A DNA stretch of 64,000 bases, taken from an uncultured Actinomycetota bacterium. Its GTDB lineage: Bacteria; Actinomycetota; Actinomycetes; JACCUZ01. The DNA lies in NCBI GenBank assembly GCA_963705885.1, contig OY970120.1, positions 98,179-162,178 of the forward strand. The letters are read 5' to 3'. The notes below the pieces were generated by a model. That model did not search any database. It was not told the origin of the DNA and saw only the letters and a program-made list of their open reading frames with translations. This document shows positions 62,235-64,000 of the stretch, in pieces. The position numbers and the translations under genes are program-made. Numbering within the stretch: position 1 is the first letter of the stretch; every line of letters starts with the position of its first letter.

Positions 62235-64000
62235 TCAGCCCGCGGCCGGCTCCTCCGTCGGCGAGGGCGTCGGGTTCGGCTTCGGCTTGGGCGGCCCGCT
62301 GCTGCCGCACCGGACCTCGTTCTCCGGGTTGTAGCGGGTCGCGAACTCCTCGGAGCGCACCTGCTCGCCGTCGTCGTAGAACAGCCGGGTGACGACGACG
62401 CGGAAGCCCGGCACGCCCTGCTGCGCCACGCAGTCACCGGCGTCGGTGCCGGCCGGGCGCGGGTCGTAGACGACGGTGTAGGGCTTGATGTCGTAGCGCG
62501 GGCCCTTCACCGACTCGATGCGGTAGCGCTTGGTGCCCCAGACCCGCACCGTCACCGAGCTGCTGGTGTGGCTGGTCGTGATGAACACGCCGTGCTCGGA
62601 GTCGTTGCGCACCCGGACGTCCTTGACGCCCCAGGCGACCGTGGACTCCCGGCCCTCGGGGTAGCGCGAGATGTAGAAGCTGTGCGGGTGGTGCTCGACG
62701 ATCTCGAGGCCCGCGAAGTAGGCCGCGTTGAAGAACGTCGTGGCCAGCTGCGACACACCGCCGCCGTAGTCCACCTCGAGGCGGCCGTTGCTGATGATGA
62801 ACCCCTGGGCGAACCCGCGCGCGGCGGTGCGCTCCCCGACGAGGCGGTTGAGGCTCGCCACCTTGCCGGGCATGACCAGCGTGTCGTCCATGAGGTCGGC
62901 GGCCCGGTGGATGTTGGTGAGGCGGGGGGCGAAGTCCGACGGGTAGAAGGTCGTGTAGTCGGCGACGAGCTCGCGCACCCCGAGCGACTTCGCGGTCGCC
63001 GTGTCGATCTCCGGCTCGCTGCGCTCGAGGGGGACGGTGACGGCACGCGCGGCGCCGGTCTCGGTGAGCACCGGGAGCACGGCGGCGGCGAGCGTCTCGG
63101 GCAGCACCTCGCGCCCCCGGCGGGACGGGACGACGCGCGGCCGCTCGTTCACGATCTCGAAGCCGGCGTCGCGGGCGGGCCTCTCCACGGGCGCGAGCTC
63201 GCCTGCGACGGCCTCGTGCAGCGCGACCGCGTCGAGCTCGGGCTGCAGGGACCCCTGCGGGTCGGGGGCGAACGTCAGCGACCGCGCGACCGCCCGCGGC
63301 GGGATCTGTGTGGTGGTCGTCTCGACGGTCAGCGACACCGGGGCGGACACGGCCGGCTGGGCGACCTCCGCCACCACCCGGTCGACCTCGTCCTGGTCGA
63401 CCGCGGGCCGGGTGACCCGGGTCGGGAGCCGCACGGCCGCCGGCTCGGGCTGCGAGAGGTAGCCCGCCACGATGGCCCCCCGCGCGGCGGCACGACGCAG
63501 GCTCACGCCCCGCTCGGCGTCGACCGTGCGGACCTCGCCCTGCTCGGTGAAGCCCACCGACCCGTCCGTCGCCGGCCGGTCGACCTGCCCGGCCAGCCGG
63601 TCGACGGCCGCGCCCAGCTGCTCGTCGTCGACCGCGACGACCGCCGAGACCTCGTCGCCCCCGACGAGGGCGTCGAGGAGCTCGAGCGGGTTCCAGGAGC
63701 GGCCCAGCGCCGCCTCGGCGGTCGCCTCGACGTCGAGCGACAGCCCGGCCCGGGTGGGGTCCACCTCGGCCTGCTGGGGACCGGCGCGGACCGGCAGCGG
63801 GGCCCGCGCGTCGTCACGCAGCTCGCGCTCGAGCGTCGCCGTGGCCTCGGCCCGTGACTGCCCGCCGATCGCGACCCCGAGGACGGTCGTACCCCTGGCC
63901 ACGCCGGGCCCCACGAGGACGTACGCCCCCAGGTACAGCGCTGCGAGGACGCCGGTGACGGCACCGGCGACGAGGAGCGCGCGACGGGGGCTGGCCGGTC
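62235..64000 (-). CDS. VanW-family protein, 5'-partial (N-terminal TM continues beyond the window end)
   Basis: VanW core (GFIISNGRLEVDYGGGVSQLATTFFNAAYFAGLEIVEHHPHSFY); open frame continues upstream through a TM helix to position 64000. Confidence 0.75.
   Translation of the reverse strand, partial: PASPRRALLVAGAVTGVLAALYLGAYVLVGPGVARGTTVLGVAIGGQSRAEATATLERELRDDARAPLPVRAGPQQAEVDPTRAGLSLDVEATAEAALGRSWNPLELLDALVGGDEVSAVVAVDDEQLGAAVDRLAGQVDRPATDGSVGFTEQGEVRTVDAERGVSLRRAAARGAIVAGYLSQPEPAAVRLPTRVTRPAVDQDEVDRVVAEVAQPAVSAPVSLTVETTTTQIPPRAVARSLTFAPDPQGSLQPELDAVALHEAVAGELAPVERPARDAGFEIVNERPRVVPSRRGREVLPETLAAAVLPVLTETGAARAVTVPLERSEPEIDTATAKSLGVRELVADYTTFYPSDFAPRLTNIHRAADLMDDTLVMPGKVASLNRLVGERTAARGFAQGFIISNGRLEVDYGGGVSQLATTFFNAAYFAGLEIVEHHPHSFYISRYPEGRESTVAWGVKDVRVRNDSEHGVFITTSHTSSSVTVRVWGTKRYRIESVKGPRYDIKPYTVVYDPRPAGTDAGDCVAQQGVPGFRVVVTRLFYDDGEQVRSEEFATRYNPENEVRCGSSGPPKPKPNPTPSPTEEPAAG

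Overview
The window is a high-GC (about 70-73%) actinobacterial chromosomal segment, very densely coding, with no rRNA, tRNA, CRISPR array or transposase detected by eye. Gene order is collinear, in inverted orientation, with two well-known mycobacterial/actinobacterial regions. The first is the TetR - DUF3107 - ferritin-like - DEAD-box helicase block. The second is the mrp ... tatB - htrA - rseA - sigE - O-methyltransferase ... tag - folP2-like - LOG - dapE/dapD ... fdxA-aminotransferase block. The 5' end carries a complete ethanolamine/polyamine utilisation cluster: APC permease, SDR, aldehyde dehydrogenase, GlnA4-like gamma-glutamyl synthetase, ethanolamine permease and a GntR/FadR regulator. 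The lineage-variable insertions are listed below. (1) An XRE-HTH+TPR regulator is translationally coupled to an EAL c-di-GMP phosphodiesterase. It sits divergently next to a 43-codon signal-peptide ORF that has its own promoter-like TTGACA repeats, an inverted-repeat operator, a strong RBS and a terminator hairpin. I read this as an RRNPP/Rgg-like peptide-signalling module, a type not described in Actinobacteria. (2) A codon-atypical NAD-dependent epimerase gene is followed in frame, after its TGA, by a 44-codon remnant of an ECF41-type sigma factor C-terminus (NPDK motif). (3) A co-oriented trio encodes a PRC/MgtE_N/CBS protein with no membrane domain, a DUF1003 membrane protein and an orphan GspE/PilB secretion-type ATPase. 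(4) Tandem membrane-anchored M15-like zinc peptidase paralogs follow dapD and sit next to a secreted metzincin and a VanW protein. The window also contains several long perfect palindromic hairpins between convergent genes, five GTGA start/stop overlaps, a conserved O-methyltransferase with an apparent ATC initiation codon, and MarR/TetR operator palindromes. Gene starts were chosen by codon arithmetic from the supplied ORF track plus RBS inspection. Many long antisense ORFs in the track are GC-driven artefacts. Coordinates read directly from the sequence display may be off by 1-2 nt in a few places.
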